Part shown: positions 48,623-58,992 of the stretch, piece after piece
How the letters are laid out: each line of letters starts with the position of its first letter
Position numbering within the stretch: position 1 is the first letter of the stretch
DNA from: Phycisphaerae bacterium
GTDB lineage: Bacteria; Planctomycetota; Phycisphaerae; UBA1845; Fen-1342
Direction of reading: 5' to 3'
Length of the DNA stretch: 64,000 nucleotides
Assembly: GCA_050115495.1 (NCBI GenBank)
Contig: JASFQK010000020.1
Coordinates: 54,928-118,927, forward strand
Program-made: the position numbers and the translations under genes
Notes under the pieces: generated by a model
Database searches by the model: none
The model's input: the letters and a program-made list of their open reading frames with translations, nothing else
Told to the model about the DNA's origin: nothing

Positions 48623-49579
48623 TCACCGCGCCGGCGGCAACTCCAGCCGGCCCGTCAGCTCCGCCACGTGCTCGAACCCGTGCGCGCGCACGTATTCCGC
48701 CAGCCCGTTCGCGATCTTCGCCGGTATCGCCGGATCGAGAAACAGCGCCGTCCCCACGGCCACCGCCGACGCGCCGGCGAGGAAGAACTCGACGGCGTCG
48801 GTGGCGGTCCGGATGCCGCCCATACCGATGAGCGGCACGCCGGCGGCACGCGCCGCCTCGCGGTAGACACGATGCACGTTGTACAGGGCCAGTGGCTTGA
48901 TCGCCGGCCCGCTCAGCCCGCCGGTCACATTCGCCAGCAGCGGCCGCCGCGTCTGTGCGTCGATCGCCAGCCCCACGTACGTGTTAATCAAACTCAGGAT
49001 CTGCGCCCCGCCCTCGATCGCCGCCCGGGCCAGGACGGCAACGTCGGTCACGTTCGGCGACAGCTTCACGACCAGCCGCGCCCGCGTCAGCACGCCACGC
49101 ACCGCGGCCACCAGCTCTTTCAGCCGCCGGGGATCGGTCCCGAACGTCAGCCCGTCGGCCACGTTCGGGCAGGAAACGTTGAGCTCGATGCCGGCAATCG
49201 GCGCGTGCCGGTCCAACTCGCCGGCCACCGCCACGTAATCGTCCACGCTGTGCCCGGCGACGTTGACCAACACCGTCGTGGGCATGGTGGCCAGGTAGGG
49301 CAGCTTCTCCTCGACAAACCGCCGCAGCCCGACGTTGGCCAGGCCGATGGCATTGAGCAAACCGCCGCGGACCTCAACGACGCGCGGCGGCTCGTTTCCC
49401 GGACGTTCGTGCAGCGTGACGCTCTTGGTGGTGAAACCGCCGAGCTGCCGATAATCGAGCACGTCCGCATATTCCGGCCCATAGCCGCAAGTGCCCGACG
49501 CGGTCAGCACCGGACAGCGCAAAGATAATCCGGCGAGATCGGTTACGAGGCACGAATCAGGGTTGGAAGCCGCACTCAT
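48623..49579 (-). CDS. pyrD: Dihydroorotate dehydrogenase, family 1
   Basis: TASGT, NAIGLAN, ELNVSCPNV, KLSPN, INT, GGLSGPAIKP. Confidence 0.95.
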   Translation of the reverse strand: MSAASNPDSCLVTDLAGLSLRCPVLTASGTCGYGPEYADVLDYRQLGGFTTKSVTLHERPGNEPPRVVEVRGGLLNAIGLANVGLRRFVEEKLPYLATMPTTVLVNVAGHSVDDYVAVAGELDRHAPIAGIELNVSCPNVADGLTFGTDPRRLKELVAAVRGVLTRARLVVKLSPNVTDVAVLARAAIEGGAQILSLINTYVGLAIDAQTRRPLLANVTGGLSGPAIKPLALYNVHRVYREAARAAGVPLIGMGGIRTATDAVEFFLAGASAVAVGTALFLDPAIPAKIANGLAEYVRAHGFEHVAELTGRLELPPAR

Positions 49580-49585
49580 GCCGGC

Positions 49586-49614
49586 AGCATCGGCGGGGGC
49601 CGAAGCGGTGTCAA
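49586..49614 (-). promoter_or_regulatory. sigma70 promoter of pyrD (leaderless type)
   Basis: Minus strand: TTGACA (49614-49609), 17 bp, GATGCT (49591-49586), 6 nt, ATG. Confidence 0.55.
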
Positions 49615-49734
49615 CACATTACTGGGGCCGGAAGCAGGGTCCGTAATCACGTCGGTCCCCGCCTGGGCCGATCTGATAACGGCAGCCTATTCTCGCCGCA
49701 GGCGGCGGCTGCTACTAGGACGCACGAACGAACC

Positions 49735-51450
49735 ATGGATCGCGTAGCGGAGCTCTATCAGTGGCTGGCGACAGGACCGTCGCCCGTATGCGAGCGGATC
49801 CTCGCCGCTGGTCTGGCATGCGCGGAGCCGGCCTACCGGCAACGCATCGTCCCGCTGCTGTTCGACCGCAAGACGGAAGCGGCCTGGGCCGGACTCGTGG
49901 CCAACTACGAAACGCTGACCCCGGCAGAGCGCGAGCAACTGACCGGCGATGGTGCCTTGTTGCGAGCCGGCATAGCCGCCGCCCTGCAACGGGCGGAACC
50001 GCGGACGCGCGCGCAGGCCCTCGCGGCCCTGCGTGACTACCCCGCCCCCGGGCTCGCCTACCTGCTGCCGGATGTTCTGCGCAGCACGTCCAACGAGGTG
50101 CGGCGTGCGGCGGGGCAAACGCTGCGCCGCGTGGCGGAGCACCTCGCCGACGAGTGGCCGCGCCCGGACTGGGACGAGGAACGCCGGCGCGTTCACGCGC
50201 ACAACCGGTCGGAGATGGCCAAGGCGCTGCGCATCGCCCTGCGTACGTACGACCTGCACTACTGCGCGGACGCCGTCGAAGTGAGCCTCTGGTTCGCCGA
50301 CGACCTGGGCGACGAGCTGTGGCGGCTGCTGACGAACCGTCGCTCGCAATGCGGCAACATCGCCAGCACGCAGCTCAAGTCGTGGAACAGTCCGCGGCTG
50401 GCGAGCTTCTTGCTCACGGCTCTGGGCCACAGCGAGTGGCGTTTCACCGCCGCGCAGTTGCTGCGTAGCTGGTCGCAACCCGACGAGGTGGCCGCCGTGC
50501 TCCGCTGCGCACCGTTACTGGACGACCCCACGACCGAGGAAAACGTTGCCGGACTCAAGCGCCCGCACTGGTTTGACCGGTTCCAGCGCAATCTCGACGC
50601 CTTGCCACCGGACCTGCGCACGGCCGCGCCGCGCTGGCTGTGCGCCGTCGGTTTCGAGGAGGTCGAGCAGGCGGACCTGCTCTGCCGTTGGTTGGGCACG
50701 CCGGACCGCGCGATGCAGCGGGCGTGCGTCTACGCGTTGGCGGAACTGGACACGCCGCTGGCCACGGAGCGCCTCAGGCAATTGGCCGAGGGCCGCTCCA
50801 CGCTGGCAACCTTTGCTCGCTGGTATCTGGCCGGCCAGACCGACGACGACGACGAGACGTCCGCCGCGCCGAAACACGCGCCAGCCGGCCGCGAGGCCCC
50901 CGAGGTGGCGCCACCGCCTGCGGATGAGCCCGACGACACGACGGAAGAGGACCTGTCGCAATTCGCCACCGCGCTGCCGGGCCGCGCCGCGGAAGACACC
51001 GAACTGATCAACCTCGTCCGCGAAAACCTGGACGTGTGCGGCAGCGAGGTCGTCGCCTTCCTGCGCTCGCCCCACGCCGAGGACCGGCTGCTGGGTCTGC
51101 GGATCCTGGCCGGCGTCGACGGCGAGAACGGTTACGTGGATGAGGTCGAACGCCTGCTCGTGGATTCGGAGGTGGCAGTCCGCGACCTGGCCTGTGAGGT
51201 GCTGAAGATCTCGGACCAGTTGCGCTCCGCGCAGGAGGAAGTTCCGGAGGAGGAGGCGCCGCCACCCCCGGCGCGTCCCGCGGCGACGCCCTCGGGCGAC
51301 GTGCGCCACGAGTTGCGACAGACGCTGGCCCGCCTGCTGGTGAACGAGCCCGAAGCCGACACGACCGTGGATCTCGTTCGCCAAATTCAATCGCTGCTGC
51401 GCCGGCTGCCGGGGAAGGTGCCCCCGGGGGACACGGAGGAGCGCCCATGA
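49735..51450 (+). CDS. HEAT/ARM-repeat-like helical protein
   Basis: Repeated helical units (RTRAQALAAL, EVRRAAGQTL, MQRACVYALA, AVRDLACEVL) and an acidic linker. Confidence 0.72.
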   Translation: MDRVAELYQWLATGPSPVCERILAAGLACAEPAYRQRIVPLLFDRKTEAAWAGLVANYETLTPAEREQLTGDGALLRAGIAAALQRAEPRTRAQALAALRDYPAPGLAYLLPDVLRSTSNEVRRAAGQTLRRVAEHLADEWPRPDWDEERRRVHAHNRSEMAKALRIALRTYDLHYCADAVEVSLWFADDLGDELWRLLTNRRSQCGNIASTQLKSWNSPRLASFLLTALGHSEWRFTAAQLLRSWSQPDEVAAVLRCAPLLDDPTTEENVAGLKRPHWFDRFQRNLDALPPDLRTAAPRWLCAVGFEEVEQADLLCRWLGTPDRAMQRACVYALAELDTPLATERLRQLAEGRSTLATFARWYLAGQTDDDDETSAAPKHAPAGREAPEVAPPPADEPDDTTEEDLSQFATALPGRAAEDTELINLVRENLDVCGSEVVAFLRSPHAEDRLLGLRILAGVDGENGYVDEVERLLVDSEVAVRDLACEVLKISDQLRSAQEEVPEEEAPPPPARPAATPSGDVRHELRQTLARLLVNEPEADTTVDLVRQIQSLLRRLPGKVPPGDTEERP

Positions 51451-51908
51451 ACGGCTGGTTCTGTTGGTTAATGGCGGCTGGTGGGCGCGAAGACGTCTTG
51501 CAGGGCCTGCGCAGCGGGTTGACCGAGAAGTCCAACAACAACGACCTGATCCTCGCCCTCGCGGCGGTGGCCGCCCTGTCGATCCTGTTGCTGGTGTTGC
51601 GGCGTTTCCTCGGCCGCCACGGCCGGCCGGCGGCTGCCCCGCCAGCCGTCGACGCCCTCGGCGTGGTCATGAAGATCCTCGACCTGCCCCGCGCGGCGCA
51701 GGACGACCTGCGCCGGCTGGCAACCTACTGCCGCTTGTCCGAGCCGGCGGCGATGCTGCTCTCCCCGGTCAACCTGGCCCGCGCCTACGAGCGCGGTTTC
51801 GCCAAGCTGGGGGATCCCGACCTCCGGCATCGTCTCGACGCCCTCTGCCAACAGACCTTCGGCCAGCCGCTGCCGGTGCAGAGCGACGCGCTCGCCCCGC
51901 GGCGCTAA
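51447..51908 (+). CDS. Small single-TM hypothetical protein
   Basis: ATGA overlap with the upstream gene; one TM; PAAMLLSP motif. Confidence 0.7.
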   Translation: MNGWFCWLMAAGGREDVLQGLRSGLTEKSNNNDLILALAAVAALSILLLVLRRFLGRHGRPAAAPPAVDALGVVMKILDLPRAAQDDLRRLATYCRLSEPAAMLLSPVNLARAYERGFAKLGDPDLRHRLDALCQQTFGQPLPVQSDALAPRR

Positions 51909-52100
51909 TACGCTCACCTTTGCCGCGCAGAACTGCCCCCCTACCGCTTGCGCATGCCACCTCCAGCGTCCGATTCGGGTATCATCTTCCGGGTGATCTT
52001 GCCGCCGTAGCGACCGTGTGCGCTTCGGGACGCCGGCGAATCGTCCGGACGGCGGGAACCCGCACATCCGGCCGGTGTCCAACAGGATGGCCGACAGAAC

Positions 52101-52715
52101 GTGAATCGGCAGCCAGCAGATATCAGACCGGGCGATGACGCCCTGGTCGAACAGGCCCAACGCGGCCGCCCGCAGGCGTTCGCCGAACTGGTGGCGCGCT
52201 ATCAGGACCGCGTCTACAATGTCTGTTATCGGCTGTGCGGCCAGGAGGCCGATGCCCTCGACCTCACGCAGTCCACGTTCCTAAAGGCCCTCGAAGCGCT
52301 GCCCCAGTTCGAGGCACGCTCGACGTTTTACACGTGGTTGTTCCGCATCGCGGTCAACCTCGCGTTCTCACAGCGGCGCCGCGAGCGGCGGCGCCGAACC
52401 GTCTCGCTCAGCGAGGCGGTCGACGACGGTGAGCGCCGGTCCGAACCGGCGGCTCCCGCCGAAACGTACGATGCGGCGCATGACGCAGACACGCAGGAGC
52501 AGTACGCGCGAGCGACGGCCGCCCTGGCCCGGCTCGCCCCGGAGTTCCGCGCCGCCGTTGTGCTCCGCGACATCGAAGACCTGGATTACGCGGCGATCGC
52601 CGAGATTCTCGGCGTGCCGCCGGGAACCGTGAAGAGCCGCATCTACCGTGGACGCACGATGCTCCACGAGATGCTCAGCACGGAGAAGGCTCAGCTTGGC
52701 AACCAGCCGACCTGA
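52101..52715 (+). CDS. ECF sigma-70 factor
   Basis: AFAELVARYQDRVY, DLTQSTFLKA, FYTWLFRIAVN, YAAIAEILGVPPGTVKSRIYRGR. Confidence 0.95.
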   Translation: MNRQPADIRPGDDALVEQAQRGRPQAFAELVARYQDRVYNVCYRLCGQEADALDLTQSTFLKALEALPQFEARSTFYTWLFRIAVNLAFSQRRRERRRRTVSLSEAVDDGERRSEPAAPAETYDAAHDADTQEQYARATAALARLAPEFRAAVVLRDIEDLDYAAIAEILGVPPGTVKSRIYRGRTMLHEMLSTEKAQLGNQPT

Positions 52716-54429
52716 CAACCTGGGGCAGGACCTGTCCGCCTATCTCGACGGCGAGCTCTCCGAGGAGCGAGCCCGCGAGATCGAGCGCCTGCTCGCGGAG
52801 CGGCCCGAACTCCGCCAGCAGCTCGAGGCGCTGCGCGACGCCGCCAATCGGTTGGCCCGCCTGCCGCGACTCCGGGCCCCCGACGCCCTCGTCGCCGCCA
52901 TGCAGCGCGCCGCTGAACGGAATGAGCTCTTCAGCCCGCGCCGCCCGGTGCGCGGCGGCCGCCTGCTGCGTTTGAGTCTGCGGCTGACGGCGGCGGCAGC
53001 GGTGCTCCTGGGCGGTGTGGTCGTTGGCTGGCAGATCATGCACCCGGTGAGCGCGCCGGGCCCGAGCGAGGGCGGCACGCGCTACGGCCTGCCGGAAGAA
53101 TCCACTGCCGCTCGCAAGGGCGGCCGCGTGGCGATGGAGGACAAGCTGGGCGAGAGGGACACCCGGACCCGCGGGCTGGTCCCCACCGACATGTCGACGA
53201 TCGCCAAGGCGCCAGACACGGCCAGGCCGACGGGCGCCGCGGACGAGTTGACCACCACCGGCTTGCCGACCGCGCCCGAGACAACCATCGCCCTCGACAT
53301 GGATGAGGCAATCGTGACCGGCAAGGACGAAGCTGCGGCCACCGTGGATGCACCCGTGGTGGCGGCCGCGCCGGCCGAACCGGTGGAGCGTCTGGGGATG
53401 GCTGTGGTGCACGCCGACGATGACGAACCGCCAGCGGACGTCGCTATGCCGCGCGAGAACACGACGCTGCAATTCGCCGAGGAGAGGTATGCATACGGCG
53501 ACGTCGTGCTTCCACAGACGGTGGACGTCGTCGTTCGCACGCGTGACCTGGCGCAGTTCCAGGCGGTCTGCGCGGTTCTGGGGCAGACGGCGCCCGTCGA
53601 CAAGCACCAATTCGGTGCGCAATTCCGCGGCGTGATGACGACGCAACCCGCGCAGCAACTCGTCTGGACGGCCCCGCCGAGCGAGGTGCCCGCCTTGCTG
53701 TCGGCGCTCGAAGCCGAGGCTCCGGAGCGGGTCTGGGTCGACGGACGATTGGCCGGCGAGTCCTCGCGGATGAAGATCGCCGGCGGCGCGACGACGGCGG
53801 CCGGGGAGGCATTCACGCCGTACAGCATCGAATCGCTCGAGCCGAGCGATATCAAGGCTGGGGTACCTGTGGCGTCCGCCCCCGCGGTGGTTGCTGGCGC
53901 CGGTGGACGAGGCGGCGGCAGCGTGCGGCGCGAGGGCGAGGAAAAGGAGCAGCCGACGCTGCGTACGCCGGTGGACACGGAACAAGCCGAGGCCGCTGGG
54001 ATCGCCATGGGAGGCGCAGCCCGCGGACGGGAGGCGCCGCCACCACCGGCCGCCCCTGCCGCTTCACCCGCGAGGCGCGGCGCCCGCGATCGAGAGGAAC
54101 GTGAGGCCGCCCCCGCTCGTGCCATCAGTCCCGCGGCGAGCCAGCCGGCGGAAGAGCGGGCCAAGATGGAACGCGGGGAGACGGCCGAACTCGGGCGCGA
54201 GGTAGAACGCGAGATGGGGTGGTCTGACCAGACGTTGCGGCGCCTGCGCGACCGTGACGACGAACCCGCGGAAGGCGCGGTCCGCGAGGCCATGCGCCGG
54301 TTGTGGCTGGGATTCAGGCGTTCGTTCACGCTGTCGGCACCGCCCCCACCGCCCGCCGAATCGCAGATCATGATCCGCGTGACGGTCGAGCCGCCGACGG
54401 AAGGACCGGCGAGTCAGCCGTCGCCGTAG
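52696..54429 (+). CDS. Anti-sigma factor with long disordered extracytoplasmic tail
   Basis: LSAYLDGELS ASD-like N-terminus and one TM; overlaps the sigma gene; TTG start after GGAG. Confidence 0.8.
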   Translation: MATSRPDNLGQDLSAYLDGELSEERAREIERLLAERPELRQQLEALRDAANRLARLPRLRAPDALVAAMQRAAERNELFSPRRPVRGGRLLRLSLRLTAAAAVLLGGVVVGWQIMHPVSAPGPSEGGTRYGLPEESTAARKGGRVAMEDKLGERDTRTRGLVPTDMSTIAKAPDTARPTGAADELTTTGLPTAPETTIALDMDEAIVTGKDEAAATVDAPVVAAAPAEPVERLGMAVVHADDDEPPADVAMPRENTTLQFAEERYAYGDVVLPQTVDVVVRTRDLAQFQAVCAVLGQTAPVDKHQFGAQFRGVMTTQPAQQLVWTAPPSEVPALLSALEAEAPERVWVDGRLAGESSRMKIAGGATTAAGEAFTPYSIESLEPSDIKAGVPVASAPAVVAGAGGRGGGSVRREGEEKEQPTLRTPVDTEQAEAAGIAMGGAARGREAPPPPAAPAASPARRGARDREEREAAPARAISPAASQPAEERAKMERGETAELGREVEREMGWSDQTLRRLRDRDDEPAEGAVREAMRRLWLGFRRSFTLSAPPPPPAESQIMIRVTVEPPTEGPASQPSP

Positions 54430-54543
54430 GTCAGCGCCGCCGGGGGGATCACGTCTTCAGGAAACGTCCGGTGATGCGCTCGCAACGGCGGGCGATTCCG
54501 CTACTATGACGCGAACAACTCTTCCTCACTCTAGAGGTGGTGC

Positions 54544-56637
54544 ATGAACTGGATCGTGATGACCCTGTTGATCGTCGGTGCGTTGGCTCTTTTCGGCTGG
54601 TCGGCGTGGCAACGCTGGCGGCTGATGATGGTGGCCCGGGCACCGGCCTCACGCATCGATCATCTGGGGGAGCGCATCCAGGCCGTGCTGTTCTACATGT
54701 TCGGGCAAAAGCGGATGGTGCGTTACGCGGCGGCCGGCTGGGCGCACATCCTCGTGTTCTTCGGCTTCCTCGTGCTGCTGCTGAACTCGATCATGCTGTG
54801 GGCCCGCGGCTACGTAAGCACGTTCGACTTCTGGGGCGTGCTGGCGGTGGATCGCCCATTGGGGGCGATCTATGCCCTTCTTCGCGACATCTTCACCGTG
54901 GCCGTCATCGTCGGTGTGGTGATCTTTTTCTACAACCGCGTGGTGCTGCGGCTGCGGCGGCTGACGCTCAACACCGAGGGGCTGCTCATCCTCGGCATCA
55001 TCTTCACGATGATGGTCGCGGACCTCGTGTACGAAGGCATCGAGATCATCCACGGCACACCCGAAGGCGGCAGCCTCTTCCGCGCCGTCATGCCCTTCGG
55101 CTCGTTGACCGCACTCATCCTGTCGCCGCTGCCCGGCGGAGCGCAGCACGTGCTCTGGCACGCCGGCTTCTGGGCCCACTCGTCGCTGGTGCTGATCTTC
55201 CTGAACCTGCTGCCGTACGGGAAGCACTTCCACGTCATCACGGTTCTGCCGAACGTCTTCTGCCGCGACCTGACGCCGTCCGGCCGCGTACCGCCGCTGG
55301 CGGATATCGAGGGCCGGCTGGAGCGTGAGGAGACGCTCGGCGTGAAGCAGGTCCCCGACCTGAGCTGGAAGGCCGCGCTCGACTTCTACACCTGCACCGA
55401 ATGCGGCCGCTGCACCGACCAGTGCCCCGCGAACCGCACCGGCAAGAAGCTCTCGCCGAAACATCTGAGCATCGACCTGCGCGACCACATGTATCGCCGG
55501 GCCGGCGCGTGGCTCGCCGCCGCGCCGCCGGCGCCGCCCGCCGAGGGTGAGGAGGCTCCCGCCGCCGGCGAGCCGGACGAACAGGACATCCTCGTGCCGG
55601 CGGTCATCGACCCGGAGGTGCTCTGGGCGTGCACGACCTGCGGCGCGTGCGAGCACGAGTGCCCCGTCTTCATCTCGTACATCGACAAGATCGTCGGCAT
55701 GCGGCAGCACCTGGTCATGGAGCGTGGCGAGTTCCCCGAGCAGCTTCAGAACATGTTCCAGGGGCTCGAACGCGTCGGAAACCCGTACAGCTATCCCAAC
55801 GAGCAACGGGCCGAGTGGGCGGCTGGTCTCGATGTGCCGCTGCGCAGCGACAAGCCCGACGCCGAGTGGCTGTTCTGGGTCGGCTGCGCGCCGTCCTTCG
55901 ACGATCGCGCTCGCAAGATCGCCCGCGCTACCGCCGAACTGTTCATCGAAGCCGGCGTCGATTTCGCCATCCTCGGACCCGAGGAGATGTGCAACGGCGA
56001 TCCAGCTCGCCGGGCCGGCAACGAGTACCTCTTCCAGATGATGGCCCAGCAAAACGTCGAGACGATGAACGGCTACAACGTTCGCAAGATCGTCGCCTGC
56101 TGCCCGCACTGCTACCACACGCTGAAGAACGAATACCCGGATTTCGGCGGGAAGTACGAGGTTGTGCACCATAGCGAATTGCTGGCCCAATTGGTGCGTG
56201 AGGGGCGTTTGCGGCCGCAGCACCCGGTCTCCGCTCGCGTCGCGTATCACGACGCCTGCTATCTCGGCCGGCATAACGACGTCTACGATCCGCCGCGCGA
56301 TCTGCTCGCCGCCATTCGTGGCGTGCAGATCGTCGAGCCGACGGACTGCCGCGATCGGGGCATGTGCTGCGGTGCGGGCGGCGCGCAGATGTGGAAGGAA
56401 GAGGAAGAGGGCGAACGCCGCGTCAACCACGCTCGCACGAATCAGCTTCTCGAAGTCCTGCCCGCCGGCGACGGCCGGACGATCGCCTCGGCCTGTCCGT
56501 TCTGCATGACGATGCTCACGGACGGGCTCGCGGATCAGGGCCACGAAGGCGTGCAGACGCTCGACATCGCCGAGTTGCTGCATCAGGCGGTGAAGGGCCC
56601 CCGTAAGGCGCCGGCTCCGACGACCGAAGGCGCGTAA
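54544..56637 (+). CDS. FadF-like membrane Fe-S oxidoreductase (CCG domains)
   Basis: Cytochrome b-like TM domain, CTECGRC and CTTCGAC ferredoxin motifs, WVGC, CPHC, YHDACYLGR, CCGAGG, ACPFC. Confidence 0.92.
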   Translation: MNWIVMTLLIVGALALFGWSAWQRWRLMMVARAPASRIDHLGERIQAVLFYMFGQKRMVRYAAAGWAHILVFFGFLVLLLNSIMLWARGYVSTFDFWGVLAVDRPLGAIYALLRDIFTVAVIVGVVIFFYNRVVLRLRRLTLNTEGLLILGIIFTMMVADLVYEGIEIIHGTPEGGSLFRAVMPFGSLTALILSPLPGGAQHVLWHAGFWAHSSLVLIFLNLLPYGKHFHVITVLPNVFCRDLTPSGRVPPLADIEGRLEREETLGVKQVPDLSWKAALDFYTCTECGRCTDQCPANRTGKKLSPKHLSIDLRDHMYRRAGAWLAAAPPAPPAEGEEAPAAGEPDEQDILVPAVIDPEVLWACTTCGACEHECPVFISYIDKIVGMRQHLVMERGEFPEQLQNMFQGLERVGNPYSYPNEQRAEWAAGLDVPLRSDKPDAEWLFWVGCAPSFDDRARKIARATAELFIEAGVDFAILGPEEMCNGDPARRAGNEYLFQMMAQQNVETMNGYNVRKIVACCPHCYHTLKNEYPDFGGKYEVVHHSELLAQLVREGRLRPQHPVSARVAYHDACYLGRHNDVYDPPRDLLAAIRGVQIVEPTDCRDRGMCCGAGGAQMWKEEEEGERRVNHARTNQLLEVLPAGDGRTIASACPFCMTMLTDGLADQGHEGVQTLDIAELLHQAVKGPRKAPAPTTEGA

Positions 56638-56647
56638 CGCACCGGCC

Positions 56648-58042
56648 TCACGCGGTCGAACCGCGCTCCAGACGGGCGACGTAGCCGCCGTCGCGCCAAT
56701 CCGCCAGCCGCGGTCCCCACGCGGGCAACGTCGTGTGTTCTTCGGCGAGCCGCCAGTCGGCGTGATCGGCGAGAAATCGCCGGATTTGCTCCTCGTTCTC
56801 TTCCGGCTCCAGGCTGCACGTGCTGTACACGAGCCGGCCGCCCGGCCGCACGAGCTTCGCCGCACTGTCGAGCAGTTCGCGTTGCGTGCGGGTCAGCGTG
56901 GTTAGCTTCTCCGCATTCAGCGACAGCCGCGCCTCCGGCCGGCGGGCCAGCACGCCGGTGTTGGCGCACGGGACGTCGAGCAGTGCGGCGTCAAACTCGC
57001 CCTCCGCCGGCGGTCCCACTTGCGCACGCACACAATTGAGGCCGAGCCGTTGCACGTTCTCACGCACGCGTTCGAGCCGATCGGCGGCGATGTCGCAAGC
57101 CCACAATTCGCCGCGGTCCTCCATGTCGATCGCCAGGGCCATGGCCTTGCCGCCCGGTGCGGCGCACAGATCGACGATCTTCTCGCCGGGCTGCGCTTCG
57201 ACCGCTCGGGCTGCGGCCCGCGCCGTCGTGTCCTGCACGAACACCCGCCCGTCGGCGAACGGTGTCGCCGCCACGATCGACGCTGCGCCGGTTACGAAAA
57301 CCGTGTCGCCAGCGATTTCGATCTCCGGACCGAACGCCGCGTGCAGCGACTCTGTCAGCTCTTCCGCTCCGCCACGCAGCGGGTTGCGTTGCAGGGCGAT
57401 CACCGGCGTAGCGCCCGCGGCCCAGGCCGCCCGCTCCGTGTCTTCCGCCCCGAAGCGCGTCACGAGCGTTTCATATCGTCGAACGCGCTCCCCCGTTGCC
57501 GCGGCCAGATGAGCACTGAGCTTCTCCGCCGGCGGCAGGACATCCCGCTCGAACGCACAGGCCGTGTCCCAGCCGACGCGCACCTGTCGCGGCGAAAGTC
57601 GCTCCCACGGCACGCGCCGCTCGCCGAGCGCCCGCGTCAAGCCACGTAGCACGGCGTTAACCATCCCTGGGCTGCGGCCGCCGACGTAGCGCCGGGCCTG
57701 CTCCACCGCCTCATCGACGGCGGCGAAGACCGGCACGCGATCCATCCAGATGATCTGACACGCCGCCGTGTACAGAATCGCCCGCAGTTCGTACCGCACG
57801 CGCTGTGGGTCGAACTGAGCGACGGCACTGAGCACATGTTCGATCGTCAGCAGGTGCCGCACGGTGCCGAGGGCGATCTCCATCGCCAGTGCAGCGTCCC
57901 GCCCGGCAAGCCCTTCCGCACTGCGCAGCGTATGCAACGCCCGCGCCGCGAAATCCCGTTGGCGCAGCACATCCCGCACAGCAACATACGCCGCATCCCG
58001 CCCTCGTCCCGTGCGATCCGCATGCAGTTCACCGACAGTCAT
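56648..58042 (-). CDS. rsmB: 16S rRNA m5C967 methyltransferase (NusB-like + RsmB)
   Basis: VNAVLR, VQD, DLCAAPGGK, LDVPC, YSTCS...EENE; adjacent to fmt and def. Confidence 0.88.
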   Translation of the reverse strand: MTVGELHADRTGRGRDAAYVAVRDVLRQRDFAARALHTLRSAEGLAGRDAALAMEIALGTVRHLLTIEHVLSAVAQFDPQRVRYELRAILYTAACQIIWMDRVPVFAAVDEAVEQARRYVGGRSPGMVNAVLRGLTRALGERRVPWERLSPRQVRVGWDTACAFERDVLPPAEKLSAHLAAATGERVRRYETLVTRFGAEDTERAAWAAGATPVIALQRNPLRGGAEELTESLHAAFGPEIEIAGDTVFVTGAASIVAATPFADGRVFVQDTTARAAARAVEAQPGEKIVDLCAAPGGKAMALAIDMEDRGELWACDIAADRLERVRENVQRLGLNCVRAQVGPPAEGEFDAALLDVPCANTGVLARRPEARLSLNAEKLTTLTRTQRELLDSAAKLVRPGGRLVYSTCSLEPEENEEQIRRFLADHADWRLAEEHTTLPAWGPRLADWRDGGYVARLERGSTA

Positions 58043-58992
58043 GTGCTCTCCGGCGGGTCCAGTCGATCCGGCGGCGCCACCTGCCGCCCGTTCGCGAACG
58101 CGGCAAAGGGCATCAGTTTTCCACCGGCTGGTTTGACTTCGAGTAAGGCGACGCGGCCAGCCCCGGTCTGAACCGTGCCATCCGCGTGAAACGCGCCCGG
58201 CCGATGCTGCTCATCGGGGGCCGCATCAACGTCGGCGACGCGAGCCCGCGCCAGTTGCAGCCGTTCCCGCCGCCCGGTCCGCGACACGAACGTGCACGCC
58301 GCGGATGGCCACGACCACAATCCGAGAATCCGCCGCACGACGCGTGCCGCCGGCTCGGCGAAATCGACCCGCCCGTCGGCCTTGCTGAGCTTCGGCGCCC
58401 GACAGGCGAGCGATGCATCCTGCGGCTGCGGCTCGGCCGTGCCCGCCTCTATCTGAGCCAGTGTCGGCACGATCAACTCCGCGCCGGCGACGGCCAGCCG
58501 ATCATGCAGCTCGTCCGCGGTTTCCGCCTCGCCAATGGCGATCGTCTTCCGTCCCCAGATCGGCCCCGTGTCCCAACGTTGATCGAGCTGAAACACGGTG
58601 ACGCCCGTTTCCGTCTCGCCGTTGAGCACGGCCCACTGAAACGGCGCCGCCCCGCGATAGCGCGGCAGCAGCGACCCATGGATGTTCACGAACCCGCGCG
58701 ACACGGCGGCCAGCAACTCCGGCCCGATCTTCTGTCCGAACGCCGCCACGACGCCGATCTCGCCCGCCCGCAACGTCTCGACGAGTTCCGGCGCGTTCAC
58801 ATCCTCGGTCTGCACGTGGCGGATATGGAGTTCATCGGCGGCGGCGTGTACCGGCGTGGGCACAACCGCCCGCCCGCGACCCGCCGGCCGGTCCGGCTGG
58901 CTGATCGCGGCCAGAACCTCATGCCCCGCGACGCACACAGCGTGCAGCGCAGGGACGGCGAAGTCACCGGTGCCCAGAAAGACGATTCGCAT
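58039..58992 (-). CDS. fmt: Methionyl-tRNA formyltransferase
   Basis: MRIVFLGTGDFA, QPDRPAGRG, NIHGSLLPRYRGAAP. Confidence 0.96.
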   Translation of the reverse strand: MRIVFLGTGDFAVPALHAVCVAGHEVLAAISQPDRPAGRGRAVVPTPVHAAADELHIRHVQTEDVNAPELVETLRAGEIGVVAAFGQKIGPELLAAVSRGFVNIHGSLLPRYRGAAPFQWAVLNGETETGVTVFQLDQRWDTGPIWGRKTIAIGEAETADELHDRLAVAGAELIVPTLAQIEAGTAEPQPQDASLACRAPKLSKADGRVDFAEPAARVVRRILGLWSWPSAACTFVSRTGRRERLQLARARVADVDAAPDEQHRPGAFHADGTVQTGAGRVALLEVKPAGGKLMPFAAFANGRQVAPPDRLDPPEST

